A stretch of 64,000 nt of DNA from Bryobacterales bacterium (GTDB lineage: Bacteria > Acidobacteriota > Terriglobia > Bryobacterales > Bryobacteraceae). The stretch covers positions 2,589 to 66,588 of the forward strand of contig DAIDHC010000036.1 in the NCBI GenBank assembly GCA_027452065.1, in the 5' to 3' direction. Within the stretch, counting starts at the first letter, position 1. Each line of letters opens with the position of its first letter. Positions 53,655 through 63,196 of this stretch are shown piece after piece. The position numbers and the translations under genes were made by a program. The notes below the pieces were generated by a model. That model saw nothing but the letters and a program-made list of their open reading frames with translations, searched no databases and was not told the DNA's origin.

Positions 53655-54017
53655 TTACCGGAACGCGTACAACAGCCACACCGCCGCTCCCAGCGCCGGA
53701 GGCAGCAGCAGTTCCGCCCAATGCAGCTTCACGAACCGAACCACCCGCTCCCATCCCGTCACCGGCGGCGCCGGCCGCGCCGCTTTCCCCTTCACCAGCG
53801 GCGAGCGCACGTTCGACGGCAGCCCCCGGATCGCGCGCGCAATCTCCTGCCTCCCCCGCCGGTCGGCGATCAGTATCGTCGCCGAGTTCAACCCGTTCGT
53901 GCTCTGCTCCAGCTTCTTCCGCAGCGGCGCCGGTACGTCTTCCACCGAACGGTACACTCGCGTCTTACCGCCCACCGAAATGAATATCGTCGAGGTCTTT
54001 AATGTCACCCGAGGCAT
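53655..54017 (-). CDS. hypothetical small protein with C-terminal TM helix
   Basis: 120-aa ORF with the hydrophobic C-terminus WAELLLPPALGAAVWLLYAF. No known motif. Confidence 0.5.
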   Translation of the reverse strand: MPRVTLKTSTIFISVGGKTRVYRSVEDVPAPLRKKLEQSTNGLNSATILIADRRGRQEIARAIRGLPSNVRSPLVKGKAARPAPPVTGWERVVRFVKLHWAELLLPPALGAAVWLLYAFR

Positions 54018-54054
54018 TTTTCACCCGCCGCCGGCGTCTCCGCTGCCGGGCCGC

Positions 54055-54990
54055 TCAACTCCCCGCCACCGCCCGCGGCATCCTTGCCGCAGGGTGCGCC
54101 GGCTCGCCGCCGCCCGCATGCTCTAATATTACCCGAATGAAGCCCAACGCGGCTTTCGAAAGCGCCTTATCCTTGCGGTAAATCAACCCCAGCCGCCTCA
54201 TCATCGGCTCCGGCGCCAGCGAGACCGCCGCCAGTTTCCTCGCCTTGATCTCTTCCTGGCAGTGCGATGCCGCCGAAAACGCGTACCCCAGCCCCGCCAT
54301 CACGAACCTCTTCATCATCTCGGTGGAATCCAACTCCATCGAGATCTGAATCTGGCTCTCCACCGGCTCCAGCCACACGTTCAGCCGGGTCCGGGTCGTC
54401 CCCCGCTGCGGCAACAGCAGCGGCTTGCCCACCAGGTCCCGGCAGCTCACCGATTTCCGCGTCGATATCGGATCCCCGAACGGCACCAGCAGCTTGATTT
54501 CGTCCGAGTGGATCGGCGCCACCTCCAACCGCTTCTCGTGCACCGGAAGCTGCGTGATTCCGAAGTCGGCCAGGTTGTCCGCCACCGCCTCCACCACGCG
54601 CGCGCCGTAGGACCGGTCCACCAGGATCTGCACGTTCGGAAATTGTTTCTTATATTCGGAAAATACCCCGGGAAGCACGTAAATGCAGGTCGCTTCGTTG
54701 GCCGCGATCAGCAATTCCCCCCGCGGCACGCGCTCCAATTCGTTAATCGTGTCCTGGGCCCGCCGCCGCAAATCCAGAATCTGGCTCGCATAATCGGCGA
54801 ATATTTTTCCCGCCGGCGTGAGCGCAATCCGCGTGCCCAGCCTCTCAAACAACGATGTGTTCAGCTCCTGCTCGAGCTGCCGCACCTGCGCGCTGATGGC
54901 CGGCTGCGTCCGGTAACAGGTCTGCGCCGCCTTGGAAAAGCTCTTCAGACGGACGATCTCCAAAAATGTGTGTAGCTGATCGAGATCCAT
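54055..54990 (-). CDS. LysR family transcriptional regulator
   Basis: MDLDQLHTFLEIVRLKSFSKAAQTCYRTQPAISAQVRQLE; 311 aa. The 714-aa ORF in the track is an artefactual upstream extension. Confidence 0.9.
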   Translation of the reverse strand: MDLDQLHTFLEIVRLKSFSKAAQTCYRTQPAISAQVRQLEQELNTSLFERLGTRIALTPAGKIFADYASQILDLRRRAQDTINELERVPRGELLIAANEATCIYVLPGVFSEYKKQFPNVQILVDRSYGARVVEAVADNLADFGITQLPVHEKRLEVAPIHSDEIKLLVPFGDPISTRKSVSCRDLVGKPLLLPQRGTTRTRLNVWLEPVESQIQISMELDSTEMMKRFVMAGLGYAFSAASHCQEEIKARKLAAVSLAPEPMMRRLGLIYRKDKALSKAALGFIRVILEHAGGGEPAHPAARMPRAVAGS

Positions 54991-55115
54991 TACCGCCTCG
55001 CGTAGGCGTTCCCCGGGTCGTGCACCAGGCCCCGGGAACGCGAAAGCCCTATTGTAGCAGCACCGCCCGTTTCTTCCGCCCCCGTTCCGCGCCCGCTTCC
55101 AGCCCGCCTTCCTCC

Positions 55116-56702
55116 CTACGGTGTCTCGTCCAAAACCTCGATCGCCGACACCGAGGCGTAGTTCTCCGACGGCGTGAACGCCACCATCAGCTTGCCCTGC
55201 GCATTCGGCTTCATCCCGTGAAACGTCCTCGTGATCGCCGTCCGGCTTCCCGCCGTCTGGAACATGTCGAAGTTCCGCAGCAGCGGCGTCTCGTTGCAGC
55301 TCACATCGAAGATCCGGTTCCCGGCTCCCCCGCCCCCGGCGCTCAACGGCCCGAAATAGCTTTCGGCAAAATACAGCGTCAGCCCATAGCTGCCCTTGTC
55401 CACCGGGATTGCGTAGCTGAAATTGCCGTATCGCTCGAAAGCGTAGAGCTCCGGATCCCGGGTGCCCCGGACGATCCCCGTCCGCGCCGTCAGCCGCCCG
55501 AAAAGGTAGTAATCGTCCGGCAGCCACACATTCCCGCTGCTGTCGGTATAGCGCTCGTCCTGGGTCACGATTCTCACCGGCAGCAGACGGTGCGGCTGGC
55601 CCGGCGCAATCTCGATCGCATTCAACAGCGGCTCCGATATCGTCCGCGCAAACTTCAGGTGCAGGTACCCGTCCGCCGCCGGGCTCACATCCTTGAACAC
55701 CCGCACGTCCGCCGTCCCCGGTCCCGAGTCCGCGATGATGTCGAAATCCTTCAGCAGCGGCGCCCCGTTCATCGATACCTGGAACACCCGCGTGCTTTCG
55801 CCGCCTTCCAGCGTCACCCCGGGCGAAAAACTGGTGTCGGCAAAATACAACCGCATCTGGTAGATGCCCGGCCGCAGCGGGATCCGATAGGAAAACTCGC
55901 CCCGCCTCGACCAGCCGTACAGCCGGTAGTCCCGCGTCCGGTATAACATCGACACCGGGCTCGCCACCGCCGTGCCGCCGCTGAAATATTCGTCGGCTGA
56001 CCATGCCCGTCCGTCCCGGTCCCGCTCCATCGGCGCCTGCGAGCCGCACAAAATCCTCACCACAGCGGCCGCGCCGCCCACCTTCGCCGCCGTCACCACC
56101 TCGCGAGCGTTGAGCATCCCCGGCGCCCCGACCCTCCATCGCCATGCCAGCCCGCCGATCCCCACACCGCAAACCAACAGCACCATCGCCGCCGCCCACA
56201 AACGGTTCCCCGGCGCCGGGCTCTGCACCACACTCGCACCCCCCGCCGGCGCCAACTCACCCTCGTGCTTTTCAATTCCCGCGAACTCGGGCGCATATCG
56301 ACCCGGCTGGATCACGATCCGCACCGTCTGCCCGGCGCCTTCTCCTTCGTAATACTGCTGCAGCTTTTTCCGCAGCCGGTGGATCTCCACCCGCACAATC
56401 GCGTCCGTGCTCTGATCGAAGTCCGCGGGCCGTCCGAACACGTCGACGGCGATGTGATATTCCTTGATCGCGTCGCCGTCGCCCTTCATGTGGCGGACGC
56501 ACAGGTATTCAAGCAGCGCCGCCAGTCGCGGCGATTTGGAGAACACCCTGGATGACAATACGGCATCCAGCGCTTCACGCTCCCGTTCGTACCCGGAAAG
56601 GAGCGATGTCCCGTTCCCGCTCGCCATTAGCCCAGAAGTATACAACAAACCGCGCGGGACCGAATTCGTCACCCGCCGCGAATCGGTGAAACGTTCGTGC
56701 AA
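55116..56702 (-). CDS. membrane-anchored winged-helix (OmpR/CadC-type) regulator with two extracytoplasmic malectin-like domains
   Basis: The wHTH is EYLCVRHMKGDGDAIKEYHIAVDVFGR...IVRVEIHRLRKKL and the TM helix is LWAAAMVLLVCGVGIGGLAW. There are two malectin-like units (YRIPLRPGIYQMRLYFAD...RVFQVSMNG and YAIPVDKGSYGLTLYFAE...RIFDVSCNE). Start is uncertain. Confidence 0.8.
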   Translation of the reverse strand: MHERFTDSRRVTNSVPRGLLYTSGLMASGNGTSLLSGYEREREALDAVLSSRVFSKSPRLAALLEYLCVRHMKGDGDAIKEYHIAVDVFGRPADFDQSTDAIVRVEIHRLRKKLQQYYEGEGAGQTVRIVIQPGRYAPEFAGIEKHEGELAPAGGASVVQSPAPGNRLWAAAMVLLVCGVGIGGLAWRWRVGAPGMLNAREVVTAAKVGGAAAVVRILCGSQAPMERDRDGRAWSADEYFSGGTAVASPVSMLYRTRDYRLYGWSRRGEFSYRIPLRPGIYQMRLYFADTSFSPGVTLEGGESTRVFQVSMNGAPLLKDFDIIADSGPGTADVRVFKDVSPAADGYLHLKFARTISEPLLNAIEIAPGQPHRLLPVRIVTQDERYTDSSGNVWLPDDYYLFGRLTARTGIVRGTRDPELYAFERYGNFSYAIPVDKGSYGLTLYFAESYFGPLSAGGGGAGNRIFDVSCNETPLLRNFDMFQTAGSRTAITRTFHGMKPNAQGKLMVAFTPSENYASVSAIEVLDETP

Positions 56703-56910
56703 CGCTGGGTTCCGCCCCGGGACGGCAGACGTAACTATTTGAATGTTTAGCCAGTTTTCCCGAGTTACAGTACGCCTATCGGTTTCGGTAACCGGGGTAA
56801 CCTAGTCTTTCGAAACCCGCCCACCTATACTTTCTCACTAGTTCCGGGGTTGGAACGGATACTTGTCGACATCTGACCGGGCCCCGCGCTGCCCGGTCCG
56901 GGAGAATGCA

Positions 56911-59900
56911 ATGACGCATGGGAAACTCGGCACACTGATGTGCCTCGCTTTGGGATTCGGCTCGGCCGCTTTCGGCCAGTCCACCGCAACGTTATTGGGA
57001 ACGGTCACCGATCCCACCGGCTCGGTCATGCCGAACGTCCAGATCATCATCACCAACACGGCCACCGGTCTCACCCGGGCCGTTGTGAGCAACTCGACCG
57101 GCAGCTATAACGCGCCGGACCTGATTATCGGGACCTACGACCTCAAGGCGGACTCGGCCGGCTTCAAAACGTTCGCGAAAACGGGCATCATCCTCAACGT
57201 CGCCGCCACCGTTCGCGTGGACATCGCCATGCAGGTCGGCGCCTCCAACCAAAGCGTCACCGTCGAGGCCAACGCCGTCCAGGTCCAGTCCGACAGTAAT
57301 GAAGTCAGCTCCGTCATCACCAGCGCCCAGATCTCCCAGATCGACACCAACGGCCGCAATCCCGTCCAGCTCGCCACCCTCATGCCCGGCGCCGCCAGCA
57401 GCCTCCCCGACTTCAACGCTCCCACCTCGCTGGCCAGCAACAACAACATCAGCTTCAACGGCCAGCGCCCCCAGCACAACCTGTGGATGATCGACGGCGG
57501 CGAGGACTATGACCGCGGCTCCGGCGGCGGCATGATCGTCAGCCCCTCGCCCGACGCTCTGTCCGAATTCAAAGTCCTGGCCAGCAACTACAGCGCCGAC
57601 TTCGGCCAGGCCTCCGGCGGCACCATCTCCATCGCCCTCAAGAGCGGGGGCAAGGAATTCCACGGCGCCGCCTGGGAGTTCAACCGCAACGACGCCTACG
57701 ACGCCAACAACTATTTCTCCAACCTGAGCGGTACGCCCCGGCCCGAGCTTCGCTACAACGCTTTCGGCTTCAATTTTGGCGGCCCGGTGTTCATCCCTCA
57801 TCTCTACGACAAGAAGCGCAGCAAGACATTCTTCTTCTATAACCAGGAATGGCGGCGCCTCATCCAGGGCAACGAAATTTACGCCAACGGCATCCCGGGC
57901 GCCGAATTCACCGGAAATTTCGCCGGCGCCGCTCCCATCCGCGTGCCCCAGAGCAACGACCCCGCCGCCATCGCCAAGTTCGCCCAGTACGGTCTCGTCC
58001 CCGGACAGAACTTTCCCAACAACGTCATCCCCTCCGGCCTCATCGACTCCAACGCCGCGCTCCTGCTGAAGACCGGCATCTTCCCCGCGGCTAACGCGCC
58101 CGGCAACCACTTCTCGGAAGCCGCCCCCGTTCCCACCGACCTCCGCGAAGAAATAGTCCGCATCGATCACCAGATCAACGACAAGCTCAACCTCATGGGC
58201 CACTTCATTTACGACTCGACGGCCAACAGCTACGCCACCAGCCTCTGGAGCGGCGACACCTACCCGACCATCGGCACCAACGTCGGCTCGCCCTCCTACA
58301 GCGCCGTCGTCCACCTCACCGACACCATCAGTCCCACCCTGCTGAATGAAGTCGCCTACAACTACAACGGCAACCAACTCCACCTGAGCCCCACCGGCAT
58401 CTACCAGCAGCCCACCGGCTACGCCGTTCAGTCCTACTTTCCGGCCGCCAACAACCGCGAAAACCGAATCCCGGTCATCAATCTGGGCCAACCCTATGGC
58501 GTCAATTACGACACTGCCTCCTGGCCCTGGAACAATTCCTACAACAGCCACCAGGTTCGCGACGATCTGTCGTGGACCAAAGGCAGGCACAACCTGAAGT
58601 TCGGCGGCTCCTACATGGGCACCTGGAAGCACCAGGACATCTTCGGCAACACCAACGGCAACTACAGCTTCAACGGAAACTTCACCGGCAATTCACTGGC
58701 CGACTTCCTGCTCGGCTACGCCTCCGGCTACAGCCAACTCGACATTCAGGACGCGGTGAACATCTACACCGAGACCTTCTCCTTTTACGCCCAGGACGAC
58801 TGGCGCGTGAACAGCCGCCTCACCCTGAACCTCGGTATGCGCTGGGAAGGCGTGCCTCATGCCTACGACACCAACGGCCGCCTGTCCAACTTTTATCCCG
58901 GCCAGTACAACCCGGCCAACGCGCCTCTGTTCAACTCCAACGGCAGCCTCAATCCCAGCGGCCCCGGCTTCTCCACCGTGTCCGGCATCGCTTTGTCGAA
59001 CGTGCCTTTCTATCTGAACGGCGTCGGACTCGCCGGAAAGAACGGCACGCCCATGGGCCTGGTTCAGAACTCCTGGAACGACATCGCCCCGCGCATCGGC
59101 TTCGCCTACGACCTGTTCGGAAATCAGAAGACCATCATCCGCGGCGGCTTCGGCATGTTCTACGAACGCATCCAGGGCAACGACGTTTACAACATGGGAC
59201 CCAACCCGCCGTTCTCCTTCAATCCCAGCACCAACAACGTTTACTTCTCCAACCCGGCCATCAGCAACGTCAGCGGCGAAAAAGCCACCGTGCCCACCTT
59301 CCCCGGAAGCTTCACCGCGCTGGCCTACAACGACTATCAACTTCCCACCAGCATGCAGTACAGCTTCCAGATCCAGCAGCAGCTTTCTACCCGCACCGTC
59401 TTCACCATGGGCTACGTCGGCGACTCCAACTACCACCAGCCCGATGTCCGCAACATCAATCCGGTGCCCCTGAACGATCCCAACCGCCTCGCCATCTGCG
59501 GCGGCAACTGCGGCTATACCGGCCCGGCCTACAACGCCAACTTCGACCGCCTGTACTCCGGCTTCGCCAATATCAACATGACCGAGGCCGCCACCGGCTC
59601 CAGCTACAACTCGCTTCAGTTGAGCCTCAACGTCCAGGACTGGCACGGCCTCATGCTCCAGGCCGCCTATACCTGGTCGCGCGAAGTCGACTACACCACG
59701 GCCGATCTGAGCGTCGTTTCCGATCCCTACAATCGCGGCTACGATTACGGTCCGGGCAACTTCAATCGCACCCAGATCGCAATTTTCAGCTATAATTATG
59801 ACTTGCCGTTCTTCAAGAACACCAGTCATGCGGTCACCCATGCCCTGCTCGGCGGATGGTCGCTTTCCGGCATCACGATGTTTGAAACCGGCACGCCGCT

Positions 59901-60291
59901 CAACATCACCCTGGCCTATGACAACCTTGGGCTTGGCGGCAACACCACCAGCCGCCCCAACGCCATCGGGCCGCTGACTTATCCCAAGACCGTCACGTCC
60001 TGGTTCAGCCCGGGAACTTTCTCAAAACCCGCCCCGCTCCAGTTCGGCAGCGTGGGCCGCAACGCCGTTACCGGCCCGGGTCGTGCTAACTTTAATATGG
60101 CCCTGTTCAAGTCCTTTGCCCTGCCGTGGCGTGAAGGCTCGGCCATCGAGTTCCGGTTTGAGAGTTATAATACGTTTAACCATACGCAGTTCAACGGCGT
60201 TCAGACTACGTATGGAAACGCCAACTTTGGTCAGGTGACCTCAGTGTACGATCCTCGCGTCCTGCAGCTCGGCGCGAAGTTCTTATTCTGA
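56911..60291 (+). CDS. TonB-dependent receptor with N-terminal carboxypeptidase-regulatory-like domain
   Basis: Signal peptide, GTVTDPTGSVMPNVQIIITNTATG, plug region, a roughly 1000-aa barrel and the C-terminus LQLGAKFLF. ATG 56911 follows GGGAGA. Confidence 0.9.
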   Translation: MTHGKLGTLMCLALGFGSAAFGQSTATLLGTVTDPTGSVMPNVQIIITNTATGLTRAVVSNSTGSYNAPDLIIGTYDLKADSAGFKTFAKTGIILNVAATVRVDIAMQVGASNQSVTVEANAVQVQSDSNEVSSVITSAQISQIDTNGRNPVQLATLMPGAASSLPDFNAPTSLASNNNISFNGQRPQHNLWMIDGGEDYDRGSGGGMIVSPSPDALSEFKVLASNYSADFGQASGGTISIALKSGGKEFHGAAWEFNRNDAYDANNYFSNLSGTPRPELRYNAFGFNFGGPVFIPHLYDKKRSKTFFFYNQEWRRLIQGNEIYANGIPGAEFTGNFAGAAPIRVPQSNDPAAIAKFAQYGLVPGQNFPNNVIPSGLIDSNAALLLKTGIFPAANAPGNHFSEAAPVPTDLREEIVRIDHQINDKLNLMGHFIYDSTANSYATSLWSGDTYPTIGTNVGSPSYSAVVHLTDTISPTLLNEVAYNYNGNQLHLSPTGIYQQPTGYAVQSYFPAANNRENRIPVINLGQPYGVNYDTASWPWNNSYNSHQVRDDLSWTKGRHNLKFGGSYMGTWKHQDIFGNTNGNYSFNGNFTGNSLADFLLGYASGYSQLDIQDAVNIYTETFSFYAQDDWRVNSRLTLNLGMRWEGVPHAYDTNGRLSNFYPGQYNPANAPLFNSNGSLNPSGPGFSTVSGIALSNVPFYLNGVGLAGKNGTPMGLVQNSWNDIAPRIGFAYDLFGNQKTIIRGGFGMFYERIQGNDVYNMGPNPPFSFNPSTNNVYFSNPAISNVSGEKATVPTFPGSFTALAYNDYQLPTSMQYSFQIQQQLSTRTVFTMGYVGDSNYHQPDVRNINPVPLNDPNRLAICGGNCGYTGPAYNANFDRLYSGFANINMTEAATGSSYNSLQLSLNVQDWHGLMLQAAYTWSREVDYTTADLSVVSDPYNRGYDYGPGNFNRTQIAIFSYNYDLPFFKNTSHAVTHALLGGWSLSGITMFETGTPLNITLAYDNLGLGGNTTSRPNAIGPLTYPKTVTSWFSPGTFSKPAPLQFGSVGRNAVTGPGRANFNMALFKSFALPWREGSAIEFRFESYNTFNHTQFNGVQTTYGNANFGQVTSVYDPRVLQLGAKFLF

Positions 60292-60457
60292 ACCTGCCCA
60301 CGAACGGCGGAGCGAGCCCCCCCGCTCACTCCGCCACAAGCCCGGGGTGACTTCGCCTCACCCCGGGCGCCCCCCTCTCTCCCGCGCTCGACTCCGGCTC
60401 TCCGCCATGCCCAGCCCCGTTCGCATCCGCCGCCTGTGCCACAATCGTAGTCGCCTC

Positions 60458-61585
60458 ATGTTCGGCAGGACCATTTTGCTGGCCTGCGCCGCGGCGGCCG
60501 CTCTGTGCGCCGGCGAATCCGCCCCCACCGCCTCCCAGGCTCGCGATCTCGAAGCCCGCGGCGATTGGGCCGGCGCCGAGTCCGCCTGGCGCGCCCTCCT
60601 CCGCTCTTCCCCCAACGACTTCCGCCTTTGGACCGACCTCGGCATCTCCCTCGCCCGCCAGAACCGCTATGCCGACGCCGTCTCCGCATATCGCAAAGCG
60701 CTCGACCTCAACCCCGGCGCCGGCCCGGCGCGCCTCGACCTCGGCCTGGCGTATTTCAAACAAGGCGACTTCCCCAACGCCGCCCGCGCCCTCCGCGCCG
60801 CCGCCGCCGCTCTGCCCGGCAACGCCCAGGCCGAACAACTGCTCGCTCTCAGCCTCTACGGCGCCCGCAATTACGCCGAAGCCGTCCCGCATCTGGAAAA
60901 AGTCGCCGCCCTCGATCCATCCAACTCCGAACTCCTCGCCGCCCTCGCCCGCAGCTATCTTTACAACCGCCAGTACGACAAGGCCAAGGCCGAATTCCAA
61001 ACCATGCTCGCCCGCGACCCCGACTCTCCGGGCGTCCACATGCTTCTCGCCCAGGCCGACGACGCTGTCAACCGCACCTCCGACGCCATCGCCGAGTTGC
61101 GCGCCGCCCTCGCCCGCGGCTTCGTCCCCAACGCCCACTTCGGCATCGGCTACATCTACTGGCGCGACCACCGCTACGCCGAAGCCGCCGCCGAATTCCG
61201 CCAGGAACTCGAATCGGCCCCGGGCAATGCCCAGGCTCTTGCCTACCTCGGCGATATTGAACTCAAGGACCAGAACCCCGAAGCCCGCCCGCATCTTCTC
61301 CGCGCCGCTTCGCTCGACGACTCTATCCGCATCGCGCAGCTCGACCTCGGCATCCTCGACACCGGCGCCGGCCGCCTCGACGACGCCACCCGTTACCTGA
61401 AACGCGCCATCGCCCTCGACCCAACCGCCGCCGACGCCCACTACCGCCTGGCCCGCATCTACCAGCAGACCGGGAAACCCGCCGCCGCCCGCGCCGAACT
61501 CGCCGCCGTCACCCGCCTCCACCAGCAGCGCCACGAGGATCTGATCGAGAAAATCAGCGGCCCCAGCGCCCAAAACGCCCGCTGA
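60458..61585 (+). CDS. secreted TPR-repeat protein
   Basis: Signal peptide MFGRTILLACAAAAALCAG and multiple TPR units (YADAVSAYRKALDLNP and others). Confidence 0.75.
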   Translation: MFGRTILLACAAAAALCAGESAPTASQARDLEARGDWAGAESAWRALLRSSPNDFRLWTDLGISLARQNRYADAVSAYRKALDLNPGAGPARLDLGLAYFKQGDFPNAARALRAAAAALPGNAQAEQLLALSLYGARNYAEAVPHLEKVAALDPSNSELLAALARSYLYNRQYDKAKAEFQTMLARDPDSPGVHMLLAQADDAVNRTSDAIAELRAALARGFVPNAHFGIGYIYWRDHRYAEAAAEFRQELESAPGNAQALAYLGDIELKDQNPEARPHLLRAASLDDSIRIAQLDLGILDTGAGRLDDATRYLKRAIALDPTAADAHYRLARIYQQTGKPAAARAELAAVTRLHQQRHEDLIEKISGPSAQNAR

Positions 61586-61611
61586 TCCCCAGGCGCGGCC
61601 CTCCCGCCGCT

Positions 61612-61640
61612 TTGCACCGCCAAACCGCTCATGATAATCT
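61612..61640 (+). promoter_or_regulatory. sigma-70-like promoter candidate for rpmI-rplT
   Basis: TTGCAC (61612-61617), a 17-nt spacer, then TAATCT (61635-61640), about 65 nt upstream of the rpmI ATG. Confidence 0.35.
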
Positions 61641-61703
61641 GGATAAGTTAGCACAACGCCGCCGTTCCTCCGGTCTGCGGATGGAACCCAGGAAAGATTC
61701 AAA

Positions 61704-61898
61704 ATGCCTAAGTTGAAGACACATAAAGGTGCGTCCAAACGGTTCAAGAAGACCGGAACCGGCAAGGTGGTTCGCCGCCACGCCTTCTCCCGCCACATCC
61801 TGACCTCCAAGACGCGCTCGCGCAAACGCAGACTGGGCAAGTCGGTGGTCGCCGATCCGGCCAACCAGCCCAGCCTCCAGCGCATGATTCCGTATTAA
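61704..61898 (+). CDS. rpmI: 50S ribosomal protein L35
   Basis: [21 protein letters not shown]. Confidence 0.96.
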   Translation: MPKLKTHKGASKRFKKTGTGKVVRRHAFSRHILTSKTRSRKRRLGKSVVADPANQPSLQRMIPY

Positions 61899-61905
61899 CG
61901 CGCCC

Positions 61906-61977
61906 GCCGGCGCCGCTCCCATGCTTCTCCAAGCCGGGAGCCGCCGGCAGTTGGTGCCCCGGCGGGATTGCCCGCCG
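61906..61977 (+). promoter_or_regulatory. two GC-rich hairpins in the 154-nt rpmI-rplT spacer (attenuator or L20 operator candidate)
   Basis: GCCGGCG-CC-GCTCCC (61906-61920) pairs with GGGAGC-CGCCGGC (61936-61948). CGGCGGG (61960-61966) pairs with CCCGCCG (61971-61977). Confidence 0.4.
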
Positions 61978-62052
61978 TATACCGTGTGTCCGGAGCCACC
62001 GCACGTGCCCGGTTCACCGGAAACCTGAAACTGCAAAGAAGGAGATAAAAAC

Positions 62053-62418
62053 GTGCCTAGAGTTAAACGTGGAACCAAGCGCCGCGCCAGCCGCCATAAG
62101 ACACTGGATCTGGCTTCCGGCTTTTTTCTTACCAAGAGCAAGCTCTACCGTTCCGCCCAGGAAGCTGTAGAGAAATCCCTCCGCTACGGATACGTCGGCC
62201 GCCGCCGCAAGAAGCGCGATTTCCGGTCCCTCTGGATCGTCCGCATCGGCGCCGCCTGCCGTGCCGCCGGCATCCCGTACAACAAGTTCATCAGCGGTCT
62301 GAAAAAGGCCGGCATCGATCTCAACCGCAAAATCCTCGCCGATCTCGCCGCCACCGACGCGCCCAAGTTCGCCCTCCTCGTCGAACAGGCCAAGGCGGCC
62401 CACGTCCAGGAGGCTTGA
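62053..62418 (+). CDS. rplT: 50S ribosomal protein L20
   Basis: [16 protein letters not shown]; GTG start follows AAGGAG. Confidence 0.96.
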   Translation: MPRVKRGTKRRASRHKTLDLASGFFLTKSKLYRSAQEAVEKSLRYGYVGRRRKKRDFRSLWIVRIGAACRAAGIPYNKFISGLKKAGIDLNRKILADLAATDAPKFALLVEQAKAAHVQEA

Positions 62419-62422
62419 GCAC

Positions 62423-62713
62423 ATGCCCCAAGCCGTCCGCGAAGAAGATCCCGACGCACTGGGCAGTCTGGAAGAGCGCATCAACCGCGCCGTCGAGCTT
62501 GTCATGAGCCTCCGCGACGAGAACGAAACTCTCGCCCGCCAGCTCCAGGAAGTTTCGGCCGAGCGCGATGCCGCGCGCGACCAGGCCTCCAAGGCCCTCG
62601 ATCAGGCGCAGCGCGCCACCCAGGAGCTCGACGACCTCCGCACCGAGCGCAAACAGGTCCGCACACGCATCGAAAAGCTCCTCGGCCAGATGGATCTGCT
62701 CAGCAACGCGTAA
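62423..62713 (+). CDS. coiled-coil protein, ZapB-like (cell division)
   Basis: 96 aa, almost entirely heptad coiled coil, immediately upstream of zapA. Confidence 0.55.
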   Translation: MPQAVREEDPDALGSLEERINRAVELVMSLRDENETLARQLQEVSAERDAARDQASKALDQAQRATQELDDLRTERKQVRTRIEKLLGQMDLLSNA

Positions 62714-62723
62714 ACTGGTTTCT

Positions 62724-63032
62724 ATGGACAGCGGAGAGTCGGCGAACAAACCGGTCCGCGTCACCATCTTTCACCAGAACTATTCCCTGCTCGCCAGCGA
62801 GGAGCCCGGCGCAGTCGAGGAAGTCGCAGCCACCGTCGACCGCCTGATGCACGCCATCGCCGACCGCTCCGGCACCACCGATTCCACCCGCGTGGCCGTC
62901 CTCGCCTGTCTCCACCTCGCCGACCAGCTCCGCCTCCTCGAACGCGATCGCGAGTCCCTCAAACAGCGCATCGACTCCCGAGCCCGCCACTTCTCGCTCC
63001 TGCTCGACGAAGCCTTCGGCAAAAGCGACTGA
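62724..63032 (+). CDS. zapA: cell division protein ZapA
   Basis: VRVTIFHQNYSLLASEEP...RVAVLACLHLADQL matches the ZapA pattern; 102 aa. Confidence 0.8.
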   Translation: MDSGESANKPVRVTIFHQNYSLLASEEPGAVEEVAATVDRLMHAIADRSGTTDSTRVAVLACLHLADQLRLLERDRESLKQRIDSRARHFSLLLDEAFGKSD

Positions 63033-63044
63033 GGCCGCTGTCTT

Positions 63045-63196
63045 GTTCACCCCGCGCACAACGCAGCGCGGCGCGGACGTTGATCGGTGGAGTTGTGCGC
63101 GCCCCGCGCTGTGCGCTCTCGGGTTCACCCCGCGCACAACGCAGCGCGGCGCGGACGTTGATCGGTGGAGTCGTGCGCGCCCCGCGCTGTGCGCTC
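63045..63196. repeat. tandem direct repeat, 2 x 78 bp, one mismatch, each unit with internal dyad symmetry
   Basis: Unit 1 at 63045-63122 and unit 2 from 63123. The 74 nt that can be compared are identical except T63094 versus C63172. Within a unit, CGCGCACAAC pairs with GTTGTGCGCG (10 bp). Confidence 0.92.

Noticed and set aside
54991-56199. Upstream extension of the LysR ORF to 714 aa
   Set aside because: The extension overlaps the malectin regulator in another frame and is Gly/Arg/Ala-rich. LysR starts at the canonical MDLDQLHTF (54990).
56992-59841. Two long minus-strand ORFs (546 and 382 aa) inside the TonB-dependent receptor gene
   Set aside because: Both are low-complexity shadow ORFs. 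The plus strand encodes a complete TBDR with signal peptide, plug and a terminal Phe.
60326-61885. 519-aa minus-strand ORF spanning the TPR gene and rpmI
   Set aside because: It is a shadow ORF that crosses two well-supported plus-strand genes and an intergenic promoter region.
63045-63196. CRISPR array
   Set aside because: There are only two contiguous copies of a 78-bp unit, with no unique spacers and no cas genes.
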